Under the pieces are notes generated by a model. That model was not told the DNA's origin. It did not search any database and worked only from the letters and a program-made list of their open reading frames with translations. From an uncultured Opitutia bacterium (lineage in GTDB: Bacteria > Verrucomicrobiota > Verrucomicrobiia > Opitutales > UBA953): DNA of 60,897 bases. Of this stretch, positions 43,006 to 52,987 are shown piece by piece. The stretch lies in NCBI GenBank assembly GCA_903860195.1, contig CAIOPO010000061.1, positions 1 to 60,897 of the forward strand, in the 5' to 3' direction. The translations under genes were made by a program, and so were the position numbers. Numbering within the stretch: the stretch's first letter is position 1; the number at the start of each line of letters is the position of its first letter.

Positions 43006-43853
43006 ACTCCGCCGTCTCCATCCGTCATCTCACCAAGGACTTCTCCGTGGGCATCCGGGGGGTCAAGCTGCGCGCGGTCGACGACGTCAGCCTGGAAATC
43101 CCCCGCGGCGAGGTGTTCGGACTGCTCGGTCCCAACGGGTGCGGGAAGAGCACCACGCTCAAGATCGCCCTGGGCCTCGTCCGGGCGACTTCGGGAAGCA
43201 CCTCGATACTCGGTGACGACGCGGCCTCCGCCCAGGCCAGACGACGCACGGGCTTCCTGCCGGAGGCGCCCTATTTCCACCGCTTTCTCACCGGACGCGA
43301 GCTGGTGACCTACTGCGCCCGACTGAGCGGCGTCAAGGAGTCCGACCTGGAAGCCGCCGTGGCCCGGGCCCTGGACCTCGCGGCCATGTCCGCGGCCGCC
43401 GACCGCGCGGTCGGCACTTATTCGAAGGGGATGCTCCAGAGGATCGGCCTGGCCCAGGCGGTCGTGCACGATCCGGAGCTGATCATTCTCGACGAGCCCA
43501 CGGCGGGAGTGGATCCGGTGGGGTCGGCCGCGATCGGAGAGATGATCAAGACCATGCGCGGCCAGGGACGCACGATCGTGCTCTGCTCCCATCTGCTCGG
43601 CCAGGTCGAGCAAGTCTGCGACCGGATCGCCATCATGGACCGTGGCAAGGTGGTGCTGCAGGGCGCGGTGGACGAGGTGCTTTCCCGTCGTGACCGACAT
43701 CTGCTGGAGGTCAGCGGACTCACCCCTGAGGCGGAGGCCGCCGCCCGACGGGCCCTGGAATCCGCCGGCGCCGTCATCAACTCCGTGAGCCGTCCTCGGA
43801 AATCACTCGAGGACCTTTTCCGCGAGCTCGTCACCGGAAGCAAGGACGCCTGA
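43002..43853 (+). CDS. ABC transporter ATP-binding protein (ABC-2 type system)
   Basis: The ATG at 43002 forms an ATGA overlap with the acyP stop. Walker A GLLGPNGCGKSTT, signature YSKGMLQRIGLAQAV and Walker B IILDEPTAGVD. Confidence 0.9.
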   Translation: MNSAVSIRHLTKDFSVGIRGVKLRAVDDVSLEIPRGEVFGLLGPNGCGKSTTLKIALGLVRATSGSTSILGDDAASAQARRRTGFLPEAPYFHRFLTGRELVTYCARLSGVKESDLEAAVARALDLAAMSAAADRAVGTYSKGMLQRIGLAQAVVHDPELIILDEPTAGVDPVGSAAIGEMIKTMRGQGRTIVLCSHLLGQVEQVCDRIAIMDRGKVVLQGAVDEVLSRRDRHLLEVSGLTPEAEAAARRALESAGAVINSVSRPRKSLEDLFRELVTGSKDA

Positions 43854-43856
43854 ACC

Positions 43857-44687
43857 ATGGACTCCCTCCGCCGTACGTATTGGATCGCACGCGTGACCTT
43901 CCTCGAGGCGGTCCGTCAGCGGCTGTTCTCCTTCCTGCTGCTCCTGGGAGCGGCGCTGGCCGGATCCTCCGTCGCCTTCCGCTTCCTGAATTTCGGGCAG
44001 GGAGAACTCAAGTTCGTGGCCGACTTCGGCTTCGGCATCATGTTCCTCTTCGGGTCCCTGCTGGCGGTCGTCATGACCGCGCAGCTCCTCTTCGCCGAAC
44101 TCGACAATCGCACGGCCCTGACCCTGCTGGCCAAGCCCGTCGGTCGGTCCGAGTTCCTGCTCGGCAAATTCCTCGGCGTCTGGGCGGTGCTCGGCGTGTT
44201 CATCGCGCTCCTGTGCGGCGTCCTGGGCGCCGTCCTGCTCGCCCGCGCCTCCGAAGTGGCCGCGCTGGCCGAAGCGGCCGGCCGGGTGCCTCCGCAGGTC
44301 GACGCCGGCGGACTCGCCGTCTTCGCGCTGCTGCAATGGCTGAGACTCGGCCTGGTCGCGGCCCTGACCCTGCTGGTCGCCGCCGGCTCAAGGACTTTCC
44401 TTTTCAGCGTGGTGGCGGGCATGCTCGTCACGCTGGGCGGCCAGTTGCAATGGCTGGCGCAGGACTTGCTGAACAAAGGCGACGCCGGCCTGATGCAGAA
44501 GTCGCTGGCGTGGTTCGCGACCCGTGCCGTGCCCAACCTCCAGCAGTACAACATCGGCGACGCCCTGGTCCTGGATCCGGCGGGAGTTCCAGAAGGCGCG
44601 GCGGCCGCGGCCTTGCTCTCCGGCACGCTCCACCTCCTGGCCCTGCTGGCCATCGCCTGCGGCATCTTCCGCCGGAGGGAAATCTGA
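43857..44687 (+). CDS. ABC-2 type transporter permease (NosY-like)
   Basis: 276 aa with about 6 hydrophobic helices. The N-terminus (YWIARVTFLEAVRQRLF) is typical of ABC-2/NosY-like permeases. Confidence 0.75.
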   Translation: MDSLRRTYWIARVTFLEAVRQRLFSFLLLLGAALAGSSVAFRFLNFGQGELKFVADFGFGIMFLFGSLLAVVMTAQLLFAELDNRTALTLLAKPVGRSEFLLGKFLGVWAVLGVFIALLCGVLGAVLLARASEVAALAEAAGRVPPQVDAGGLAVFALLQWLRLGLVAALTLLVAAGSRTFLFSVVAGMLVTLGGQLQWLAQDLLNKGDAGLMQKSLAWFATRAVPNLQQYNIGDALVLDPAGVPEGAAAAALLSGTLHLLALLAIACGIFRRREI

Positions 44688-45460
44688 TGGGCGGCCGCTG
44701 GCTTTTCTCGCTGGGTGCGGGACTGCTCATCGCGGCCGGCTCGGCCACTGACAGGTCCTGGGCTTCCTTGCGTCCTTGCATTCCCGAACTGAGCCGCAGC
44801 CAGCTGGAGCCGAGCGCAGGGCAGGGCGTCCTGCTCGGCGTGCTGGGCGGACTGCGGACGGTGATCGCCGACGTCTCCTGGCTGCGCAGTTACGTCCTCT
44901 GGGAGAGGAAGGAGGAAGCCGGATGCGAGGCCCTGATGCGGCTGTCCTGCACGCTGGACCCCAATTCACGCTATTTCTGGGAGCAGGCGGCCTTTGCGGT
45001 CGGCTTCGACATGGCCAACTGGGAGATCCGCCGGCGTGGAGGATACGCGCGCCTCGCCAAGGAGATCCAGGACCACCTATTCACGTCCTACGCGCGCAAG
45101 GGCATCCTCATCCTTGAGGACGGCGCGAAGTTCTCCCGCAGCCGCGCCCCCTTCCTCATCGTCGCGGGCCAGCTCGCCGAGATGAAGATCAAGGACCTCC
45201 GTCTGGCCGCCTCCTACTACCGCGCCGCGGCCGAATCACCGGACGCTCCGTGGTATGCGGCGAGGTTCGCGGCGCGCACGGCGTGGCAGGCGGGGGACCG
45301 CAAGGAGTCTTACGCCTGGTTCCGTCAGCATTGGACCACGACGCTGAGGGTCAGGCAGGAGGATCGCTCGCCGGACGACCTGGCAGAACTGCGCATGATG
45401 GAGGACGCCCTCTTCATGCCGACTTCGGCCAGGATTCCGCGGCAGGCCTGGGAGCGCTGA
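44687..45460 (+). CDS. Membrane-anchored helical-repeat (TPR-like) hypothetical protein
   Basis: The ATG at 44687 shares one nucleotide with the permease stop (TGATG). N-terminal anchor MGGRWLFSLGAGLLIAAGSA. The rest is helical and W/Y/A-rich (YYRAAAESPDAPWYAARFAARTAWQAG). The listed 526-aa ORF start (43880) overlaps the permease in another frame. Confidence 0.6.
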   Translation: MGGRWLFSLGAGLLIAAGSATDRSWASLRPCIPELSRSQLEPSAGQGVLLGVLGGLRTVIADVSWLRSYVLWERKEEAGCEALMRLSCTLDPNSRYFWEQAAFAVGFDMANWEIRRRGGYARLAKEIQDHLFTSYARKGILILEDGAKFSRSRAPFLIVAGQLAEMKIKDLRLAASYYRAAAESPDAPWYAARFAARTAWQAGDRKESYAWFRQHWTTTLRVRQEDRSPDDLAELRMMEDALFMPTSARIPRQAWER

Positions 45461-48085
45461 TCAGAACGGGTCGTCCGACTTCTTCTCCGGCTTGGGAGCC
45501 TTGGGCTTCCTGGGCGGGAACTCGAACCACCAGCCCTTTTCCTTGTCCGCGACGAGGAAGGCCTCGAACGCGCGACGGGTGCGGTTCGACACGAACTTCT
45601 TGAGCGCCGTCCGACCGTCGTTGAGCAGCCGGGTGACGTCCTCGGGGCTGATCGGGCACTTGAGCATCTCGGAATTGAGACTGAAAGTCTTCTTGGCGCC
45701 AGCCGCCTTTGCCTTGGCGGGGCAGACGCGATAACCGGCGGCGGGGGTCTGCTGGACGGGCAGTCCGCTCACCGGGCAGTTGCCCAGCACCGGCCATGCT
45801 TCATCAAACGGCGCGCCGTCCGGATCTCCGTCACGGGGCGGGAGGTCGAGCGCGGAACGGAGCTGTCCGTCCTTGTCCTCGAGCTTCACGTAGCCGGAGT
45901 AGTTGCGGCCGGACTTCAGCGACTTGAAGTCATGGAACGGCCCGATGCGACGGGTGCGCAGGAGTTCGGCCAGTTCCTCCGGAGAAAGCGGACGGCCGCC
46001 CAGTTCGCGGTAGACCAGCACCGCGGGCACCGTCTTCTTGCCCTGCGTCACAGTCTCGGAAGAGACATAGCGGCGGTCGTCTCCAAGCATGGGAGTGCCG
46101 GCGGGGGAGAGCACTTCGGGGACGACCGGCTCGGCCGCCACCGGCGTGTCGATCCGCTTGCGGATCTTCTCGATCATCTCGGCCACCTGGCCGCGGATGC
46201 CGTCCATGAAGACCTTGGGCTCGAGGTGTCCGCGTTCCATCTCGCGCAGGCGATGCTCCCATTCGCCGGTAAGTACGGGGTCGGCTAGCAGCAGGAGCTC
46301 GTTGCCGGAAAGGAAGCGCTCAAGTTTGAAGGCCTTGCCGGTGGGGACGAGTTCCTTGCCCTGGCGTTCGATGTATTTCTGGCCGAGCAGGCCTTCGATG
46401 GTGGCCGCGCGGGTGGCCGGAGTTCCCAGACCGCGTTCCTTCATGGCTTCGGCGAGGGCCTCGTCGTCGACGAGCTTGCCGGCGTTTTCCATCGCGCCGA
46501 GCAAGGAGGCCTCGTTGTACCTCGCGGGGGGCTTGGTGGCGTCCTCCTTGACCTCGACGCTGATCACGTCGGCTTTCGCGGGATCGCCGTCGGCGGGAGT
46601 GATGGCGGGCAGGCTGGCGGACCCCTCCTTGTCCCGGTCCTCCTCGGCTTCAGCCTCCTGTCCCCAGACCGCGCGCCAGCCGGCGACCACCAGCACCTTG
46701 CCGGTGGTGCGGAAAGAGTGGGGTCCGACCTGCGTCGTGCGGACGGTTTCCTCGAACTCCGCCTGCGGGAAGAACACCGCTACGAAACGTCGCACCACGA
46801 GGTCGTAGATCCGCTGCTCGACGTCGGTCAGTTCGGCGGGAATGGTGCCCGTGGGGACGATTGCGAAGTGGTCGCTGACCTTCTTGTTGTCGAAGACCCT
46901 GCGTCCGGCCGCGTCGACCCAGCCCTTGGACAGGGCGGTCTTCGCATGCTCTCCGGCCGGATGGCCGGTCGCGATCTGACCGAGGACCTCCTTGGCCGTG
47001 GCCACATAGTCCTCCGGCAGATGCTGCGAGTCCGTGCGCGGGTAGGTGAGGGCCTTGTGCTTTTCGTAGAGCGCCTGGGCGACGGCGAGGGTGGTCTTGG
47101 CGGAGAAACCGTAGCGGCGGTTGCCTTCACGCTGCAGTGAGGTCAGATCGAAGAGCCGCGGGGCGGAGTCCTTCTTCGGCTTCTTCTCGTCCGAGACCGT
47201 GCCGGTTCCCGCCTGCTGCGAGGCGGCGGCCACGGCGCGGGCCTGGGCCTCGTCGTAGAATCGCTCGGCCTCCTTGCGGTCCTGCACGCCCGGGACTTGG
47301 GCCGCGCCGCGGTACTGGCCGGCGCGGATTCCAAAGTCGGCCTCGACCTTCCAGAAGGCCTTCGGCACGAAATTGCGGATCTCGAGCTCCCGCCGGACGA
47401 CGAGCATCAGCGTGGGGGTCTGGACCCTGCCCACCGGATGGACGCTCTCCTTGCTGATCTTGCCACCCCCGAGCATCTTGGAAGCCGCCCGGGTGAAGTT
47501 CAGTCCGAAGATCCAGTCGGACTGCGAACGGCAGATGGAGGAGGCGCGCAGACCGGCCTTCTCGGATTCGTCCAGCAGATGGTCGAAGGCGTCGCGGATC
47601 GCCGAGGGCGTCATGCTGGTGAGCCAGAGACGGCGCTCGGGAAGTTTGGAGCCGGCGAGCACGCAGACCATGTGGAAGATGAGCTCGCCTTCGCGTCCCG
47701 CGTCGCAGGCGTTGACCACTGATCCGACGTCCTTGCGCTGGATGAGCTTCTTGAGCAGCTGGAAGCGCTCACCGGAACCGCGTTCGGACCTGGGCCGGAG
47801 CACGTCCTTGCTGATCCGCCCGTCGAACTGCGGGGGCAGGATGGGCAGGTTGCGCAAGGTCCAGGACTTCCAGTCAGGGTTGAGCTCGTGGGGTTCGACG
47901 AGTTCGGCGAGGTGGCCGACCGCCGACGAAATCACCCACTTGTCGTCCTCGAAGACTTCGCCGGACTTCGGCACCTTGAGGACCTTGGCGAGGTCGGTCG
48001 CGACCGAAGGCTTCTCAGCGATGACGAGCGTCTTGGCACCCGCCCCGGCGGCGGGGTCGGCGGCTTTCTGTGGCTTCTTGGGCAT
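45461..48085 (-). CDS. topB: DNA topoisomerase III (type IA) with C-terminal topoisomerase repeats and a Lys-rich tail
   Basis: Toprim start LVIAEKPSVA, GHLAEL, active-site Tyr region LTYPRTDSQHL, and a C-terminal repeated ~60-aa segment. Confidence 0.88.
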   Translation of the reverse strand: MPKKPQKAADPAAGAGAKTLVIAEKPSVATDLAKVLKVPKSGEVFEDDKWVISSAVGHLAELVEPHELNPDWKSWTLRNLPILPPQFDGRISKDVLRPRSERGSGERFQLLKKLIQRKDVGSVVNACDAGREGELIFHMVCVLAGSKLPERRLWLTSMTPSAIRDAFDHLLDESEKAGLRASSICRSQSDWIFGLNFTRAASKMLGGGKISKESVHPVGRVQTPTLMLVVRRELEIRNFVPKAFWKVEADFGIRAGQYRGAAQVPGVQDRKEAERFYDEAQARAVAAASQQAGTGTVSDEKKPKKDSAPRLFDLTSLQREGNRRYGFSAKTTLAVAQALYEKHKALTYPRTDSQHLPEDYVATAKEVLGQIATGHPAGEHAKTALSKGWVDAAGRRVFDNKKVSDHFAIVPTGTIPAELTDVEQRIYDLVVRRFVAVFFPQAEFEETVRTTQVGPHSFRTTGKVLVVAGWRAVWGQEAEAEEDRDKEGSASLPAITPADGDPAKADVISVEVKEDATKPPARYNEASLLGAMENAGKLVDDEALAEAMKERGLGTPATRAATIEGLLGQKYIERQGKELVPTGKAFKLERFLSGNELLLLADPVLTGEWEHRLREMERGHLEPKVFMDGIRGQVAEMIEKIRKRIDTPVAAEPVVPEVLSPAGTPMLGDDRRYVSSETVTQGKKTVPAVLVYRELGGRPLSPEELAELLRTRRIGPFHDFKSLKSGRNYSGYVKLEDKDGQLRSALDLPPRDGDPDGAPFDEAWPVLGNCPVSGLPVQQTPAAGYRVCPAKAKAAGAKKTFSLNSEMLKCPISPEDVTRLLNDGRTALKKFVSNRTRRAFEAFLVADKEKGWWFEFPPRKPKAPKPEKKSDDPF

Positions 48086-48115
48086 GCGCAGGATGATAAC
48101 CGATTGTCAAACCGG

Positions 48116-49195
48116 TCACATCCCCTGCTCGGCGAAGGAGTCGTCCAGGGCGGCGATCAGACGGGTCACGGTCTCATCGGTCTCATCCCCCATGTTGGAG
48201 ATGCGGAAGGTCTTGCCCTTCAGCTTCCCGTAGCCGCCGTCGATGACGATCTTGTGGCGGGACTTGAGCGTCTCATTGAGGCGCTCGAGGTCGGCGTTGC
48301 GCGCGTTCCTGAAGCAGTTCAGTCCCCGCGTGCCGAACTCCGGAGCCGGAAGCAGCGGGAAGCCCTTGGCCAGACCCCAGGCGCGCATGCGCTCGTTGAG
48401 ACGCAGGTGGCGGGCGAAACGGTTCTCGAGACCCTCGGCCTCCACCTCCAGCAGCTTCTGCTGCAGTCCGTAGAGCAGGGAGATGCAGGGCGTGGAAGGG
48501 GTCATGCCCTTGAGGTGATTGTCGTGGAACTCGATCAGGTCGAAATAGTAGCCGCGGTCGGCGGAGAGCTTGGCGCGCTCCCTGGCGCGTTCGCTGACGG
48601 AGACGATCGCCAGACCCGGGGGGAGGGCGAGGGCCTTCTGCGACCCCGTGAGGAGGATGTCGATGCCCAGACGGTCCTTGTGGATGGGCAGGGTCGAGAA
48701 GGAGCTCACCGAGTCGACCACCGAGATGACATCGGGGAATTCGCGCACCACCGCCATGATGTCCTCGATGGGCGAAAGGGTTCCGGTGGAGGTCTCGGAG
48801 TGGATGAAAGTGATGCAGTCGAACTTGCCGCTGGCGAGCGCCTTGCGCACGGCGGCGGGGTCCACCGGGGTGCCCCACTCGAACTGGAGGGCTTCGGCGG
48901 GTCGTCCGCAGCGGCGGGCGACATCGTTCCACTTGTCGGAGAAGGCCCCGTTCATGCAGTTGAGCACGCCCTTGCGGCAGACATTGCGCAACGCCCCCTC
49001 CATGACCCCCCAGGCCGAGCTGGTCGAGAGGTAGACGGGATCCTTGGTGAAGAACATCGTCTGCAGCCTGGGCTGCATGTCGTTGTAGAGACTGACGAAG
49101 GCCTTGGAACGGTGGCCGACCATGGGACGTCCCATGGCCTTGATCACGCTTTCGGACACCGTGAGGGGGCCGGGAATGTAGAGACGGTTGCTCAT
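48116..49195 (-). CDS. Class V aminotransferase (serine-pyruvate / alanine-glyoxylate / phosphoserine aminotransferase-like)
   Basis: N-terminus [13 protein letters not shown], 359 aa, and a PLP-Lys region around [14 protein letters not shown]. Confidence 0.75.
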   Translation of the reverse strand: MSNRLYIPGPLTVSESVIKAMGRPMVGHRSKAFVSLYNDMQPRLQTMFFTKDPVYLSTSSAWGVMEGALRNVCRKGVLNCMNGAFSDKWNDVARRCGRPAEALQFEWGTPVDPAAVRKALASGKFDCITFIHSETSTGTLSPIEDIMAVVREFPDVISVVDSVSSFSTLPIHKDRLGIDILLTGSQKALALPPGLAIVSVSERARERAKLSADRGYYFDLIEFHDNHLKGMTPSTPCISLLYGLQQKLLEVEAEGLENRFARHLRLNERMRAWGLAKGFPLLPAPEFGTRGLNCFRNARNADLERLNETLKSRHKIVIDGGYGKLKGKTFRISNMGDETDETVTRLIAALDDSFAEQGM

Positions 49196-49593
49196 CTTTG
49201 GAAAGTGGACAGGAGTTCGGCGGGGGTTTCAGGACTGTCGATGCGGACGACGCGCCGGTTGCGGTCGCCCAGGGTGGCGGTGCGTGGTCGCCAGCCGGCC
49301 GCTTTGCCGGACTCGACTTCCGCGAAGCTCATGACGACGAGGAGGTCGCCGGGCTTGCCGAGGTGGGCGGTGGCCCCGTTGAGGCAGACCTCCCGGCTGC
49401 CGGCAGGGGCCGGGATGGCGTAAGTCTCGAATCGCTGCCCGTTGGCGAGATTGCCCACCAGGATGCGCTCATAGGGCAGCATGCCTACCAGCGACATCAG
49501 CTCACTGTCCAAGGCCAGCGAACCCTCGTAATCGAGGCGCGCTCCGGTGACTTCCGCCCGGAGTAACTTGGTGCGCAGCAGGTGGACGAACAT
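49192..49593 (-). CDS. panD: Aspartate 1-decarboxylase
   Basis: [29 protein letters not shown] contains the self-cleavage G-S site. NGATAHL is present. ATG 49593 is preferred over the listed 49671. Confidence 0.9.
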   Translation of the reverse strand: MFVHLLRTKLLRAEVTGARLDYEGSLALDSELMSLVGMLPYERILVGNLANGQRFETYAIPAPAGSREVCLNGATAHLGKPGDLLVVMSFAEVESGKAAGWRPRTATLGDRNRRVVRIDSPETPAELLSTFQR

Positions 49594-49660
49594 GGCGCGG
49601 TAATGGCCGTTCTCAATCGGTATGGTTGCCTTCGTCAAACAACTTTGCATCTTATGACGC

Positions 49661-50866
49661 ATGTCCGCCAACCACCGAGGCCTCTTTTCCTCTTCGGCGG
49701 AGGCCGTGGCGGCCTTCGCGGTGGACGTGGTCTACGAGCGCCGGAAAGGGCCTCTGGCCACCCTGCTGGCCGGCCTCCTGAGGGTGCTGTCCTGGGCGTT
49801 CGAACTGCTCGTGCGGCTTCGCCTCTGGCTTTATCGCCAGCGGCTTTTCCGTGACACGCCGCTGGGCTGCAAGGTCGTGGTGGTGGGCAATCTCACCGTG
49901 GGGGGCACGGGCAAGACTCCCATCGTGCACAAGATGGCCCAGATTCTCGCCCGCCGGGGCCGGCGAGTGGCGGTGCTCTCCCGAGGCTACAAGGGGTCCA
50001 CCGACTCGATGCTGAAGCGCTTCTGGCGCTGGCTGAGCCATGGGAGCCGGCCCGAGCCTCTGGTAGTTTCGGACGGATCCAAGGTGCTGGCCGGCCCGGA
50101 TGAGGCCGGCGACGAGCCCTACATGCTCGCGCGCAACTTGCTCGCCGACGGCGTGGTCGTGATCGTGGATCGTGACAGGGTGGAGGCGGGACGTTTCGCC
50201 CTCCGGCGTTTCGGAGTGGACACCATCCTCCTCGATGACGGCCTCCAATACCTGCCCTTGCGAGGGCAGATCAACCTGCTCCTGGTGGACAGCCGCGACC
50301 CCTTCGGCAACGGCGCGATGCTCCCGCGCGGCATCCTGCGAGAGCCGGTCTCCAACCTCAGCCGCGCTTCCTACGTCTTCCTCACGAAATCTTCGGGGCC
50401 GCCCGACCCCGAGCTCGTGGCGCTCATCCGTAAGCACAACCCCGCCGCTGAAATCATCCCCTGCGCCCACCGTCCGTCCGACCTGGTGGCGGTCGACGCC
50501 GAAGGGGTTCTGCCGCTCTCCTGGATCAAGGACAAGCGGGTGGCGGCCTTCTGCGGCATCGCCACCCCGGAGCGCTTTGAGGAAACCCTGGGCGCCCTCG
50601 GAGCCGTGATGGTCTCCAGCCGCCGCTTTCTCGACCACCACGCGTTCACGGATGAGGACCTCGACGAGGTGCTGGAACAGGCCCTGGCGTCAGGAGCGGA
50701 GGCCATCGTCACGACCGAAAAGGACGCGGTGCGCCTCCAGTCCCGGTTCCGCCCGCCTCTCCCGCTTCTCTTCGTGAGGCTGGAGGTGGGCATACTGGGC
50801 GACCCCGAAGGATTCAACGGCGCCGTCGAGCGGATCTGCCTCGGGCCTTCTTCGACGGCGCGCTGA
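49661..50866 (+). CDS. lpxK: Tetraacyldisaccharide 4'-kinase
   Basis: P-loop [20 protein letters not shown] and DEPYMLA. Confidence 0.9.
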   Translation: MSANHRGLFSSSAEAVAAFAVDVVYERRKGPLATLLAGLLRVLSWAFELLVRLRLWLYRQRLFRDTPLGCKVVVVGNLTVGGTGKTPIVHKMAQILARRGRRVAVLSRGYKGSTDSMLKRFWRWLSHGSRPEPLVVSDGSKVLAGPDEAGDEPYMLARNLLADGVVVIVDRDRVEAGRFALRRFGVDTILLDDGLQYLPLRGQINLLLVDSRDPFGNGAMLPRGILREPVSNLSRASYVFLTKSSGPPDPELVALIRKHNPAAEIIPCAHRPSDLVAVDAEGVLPLSWIKDKRVAAFCGIATPERFEETLGALGAVMVSSRRFLDHHAFTDEDLDEVLEQALASGAEAIVTTEKDAVRLQSRFRPPLPLLFVRLEVGILGDPEGFNGAVERICLGPSSTAR

Positions 50867-52886
50867 CCTGCTCGGGCTGGTGCCGGGAGGCGAGGGAGAG
50901 GAAAGCGTCCTGCGCGCAGGGCGCGCGACGGGCTTCGGGCGCGCAAGGCTCATAGGAGCCGTCCATCCGCAGCTCCTTGGCGTCCCCCAGACGCTCGGCA
51001 TAGGTGGCGATGATCTCCTGTTCGATGCGACGTCGGAGCGACTTGTCCCTGACCGGGAAGACGCACTCCACGCGGCGCACAAAGTTGCGCTGCATCCAGT
51101 CGGCGCTGCCGAGCAGGATGACGGGCTCTCCGCCGGAGTTCTCAAAACGGAAGATGCGGCTGTGCTCGAGAAAACGGCCGAGCACGCTGCGCACCCGCAC
51201 GTTTTCACTCAGACCGGGGACCCCCGGCCGCAGGCAGCAGACGCCGCGGACGAGCAGTTCGACCCTGACTCCGGCCTGCGAGGCGCGGCAAAGGGCTTCG
51301 ATCACCTCCGGATCCACGAGGCTGTTGACCTTCGCAAAGATGCCGGACTTGCGCCCGGAACGGGCGGCGGAGGCCTCTGATTCGATGAGGTCGATGATGC
51401 GGCGGGAAAGTTCGAAAGGCGCGATCAGCAGGTGACGGAACTTGGGACGTCCAAGGTTGCCCGTGAGCACGTTGAACAGCAGTCCGACTTCCGAGGTGAT
51501 CTCCTCATCCGCGGTCAGGAGCGAGAAGTCGGTGTAAATCCTGGCGGTCCGCGGGTTGTAGTTGCCGGTGCCGAGGTGCGCGTAGCGCCGAAGGCCGGCC
51601 TTCTCCTTGCGCACCACGAGGCAGGCCTTGCAGTGCGTCTTCAGGCCGGTGAGCCCGTAGACCACGTGCGCCCCGGCCTCCTCGAGCTGACGCGCCCACT
51701 CGATGTTGTTGAGTTCGTCGAACCGGGCCCGCAGCTCGACCAGGGCGGTGACCTGCTTGCCGTTGCGCGCCGCCTCCTTGAGCGCCTCCACGACGGGCGA
51801 GTCGCCGCTGGTGCGATAAAGGGTCAGTTTGATCGCCACGACGCTTTCGTCACGTGCGGCCTGCCTGATGAAGTCGACCACCGGTCCGAAGGACTCATAC
51901 GGATGATGGAGCAGGAGGTCCTGTCGGGAGATGCGGTCGTAGAGGCGGGACGGATCCGCGCACTCCGTGGGAAGCGCAGGAATGAAAGTGGGGTAGAGCA
52001 GGTCAGGGCGGGCCACGAGGTCGACGAGGCTGCCCAGGCGCATCATGTTGACCGGCCCGGTGATGCGGAAGGCGTTCTCGGGCTTGAGGCCGATGGACTT
52101 CAGCAGCCAGGTGGTCTCCTCATCCGGCGCGTCGGACTCTATCTCCAATCTCACGGGAGCGCCCTTGCGCAGATTGCGTATCTCGTCCTCGATCGCCTCG
52201 AGCAGATTGCCGGCCTCTTCCTCGTCCACGTAGAGGTCGCTGTTGCGCGTGATCCTGAAGGCCCAGGAGCCGAGCAGGTCGAGGCCCGGGAAAAGCCGAT
52301 CGATGAAGGCCTGGATGACGTGGCTGAGAAGGGTGAAGCAGCGCGAATGGTCGGCGCCGTAGGCAAGGACTCTCGGAAGCACGCGGGGGACGGGCACGAC
52401 GGCACGACGGCCCTCGCCGCTGACGGGATCGCGCAGGAGCACGAGGAGATAGAGCCCCTTGTTCGTGAGGACGGGGAAGGGGTGCGAAGGGTCGATGGCC
52501 AGCGGGGTGAGCGCGGGCAGGATTTCGCGGTCGAACAGCGGTGAAAGCTCCTTTCGCGCGGAGTCGTCGAGCTGATGCCGGGAGCGGAAACGGATCCCCG
52601 CCGATTCCAGGGCCGGCACCAGGCGGTCCTTCCAGCAGGCCTGTTCGGCCTCCACGAGGCTCCGCGCCTTCTCCAGCACCTCCAGCAGGAACTCACGGGT
52701 GGCAGGATGGCTGGCGGATTCCTCCTGCTGCATGATGCCGGCGACCCGGATCTCGAAGAATTCGTCGAGATTGGAACTGACTATGGAAAGGAAGCGGACG
52801 CGCTCCAGCAGGGGAACGGAGTCATCCTCCGCAAGTTCGAGCACTCTGCGGTCGAAGCTCAGCCAGCTGAGTTCACGGTTGAACAT
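50814..52886 (-). CDS. ppk1: Polyphosphate kinase 1
   Basis: MFNRELSWLSFDRRVLELA, NLDEFFEIRVAG, HLGTGNYNPRTARIYTD and 690 aa. Confidence 0.95.
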   Translation of the reverse strand: MFNRELSWLSFDRRVLELAEDDSVPLLERVRFLSIVSSNLDEFFEIRVAGIMQQEESASHPATREFLLEVLEKARSLVEAEQACWKDRLVPALESAGIRFRSRHQLDDSARKELSPLFDREILPALTPLAIDPSHPFPVLTNKGLYLLVLLRDPVSGEGRRAVVPVPRVLPRVLAYGADHSRCFTLLSHVIQAFIDRLFPGLDLLGSWAFRITRNSDLYVDEEEAGNLLEAIEDEIRNLRKGAPVRLEIESDAPDEETTWLLKSIGLKPENAFRITGPVNMMRLGSLVDLVARPDLLYPTFIPALPTECADPSRLYDRISRQDLLLHHPYESFGPVVDFIRQAARDESVVAIKLTLYRTSGDSPVVEALKEAARNGKQVTALVELRARFDELNNIEWARQLEEAGAHVVYGLTGLKTHCKACLVVRKEKAGLRRYAHLGTGNYNPRTARIYTDFSLLTADEEITSEVGLLFNVLTGNLGRPKFRHLLIAPFELSRRIIDLIESEASAARSGRKSGIFAKVNSLVDPEVIEALCRASQAGVRVELLVRGVCCLRPGVPGLSENVRVRSVLGRFLEHSRIFRFENSGGEPVILLGSADWMQRNFVRRVECVFPVRDKSLRRRIEQEIIATYAERLGDAKELRMDGSYEPCAPEARRAPCAQDAFLSLASRHQPEQVSAPSKKARGRSARRRR

Positions 52887-52987
52887 GAAGGGTCATGCTG
52901 TCCGATTCGGACGGCATTTGCGAACCTTACTCTCCCGTCCAGGGCCTTTTTCCCACCTAAAAACGGGGCCTTATGGTTAAATCGGTG

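Noticed and set aside
43880-44686. The N-terminal 269 codons of the listed 526-aa ORF, which overlap the ABC-2 permease gene in another frame.
   Set aside because: The sequence is Arg/Pro/Gly-rich and not protein-like. The permease frame has clear transmembrane helices. The real downstream gene starts at ATG 44687, overlapping the permease stop.
45455-45466. Back-to-back stop codons of convergent genes forming the palindrome TGATCA.
   Set aside because: This is a coincidental consequence of two TGA stops abutting, with no flanking symmetry or repeats.
52887-52987. The 101-nt spacer between the methyltransferase gene and ppk1, checked for a tRNA, small RNA or terminator. It contains a small hairpin (gtccg-att-cggac) and a ttttt/aaaaa inverted repeat.
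   Set aside because: There are no tRNA hallmarks (no T-loop GTTCGAATC-type sequence), and the stems are short (5 bp) or imperfect. It is most simply the ppk1 promoter/5' UTR.
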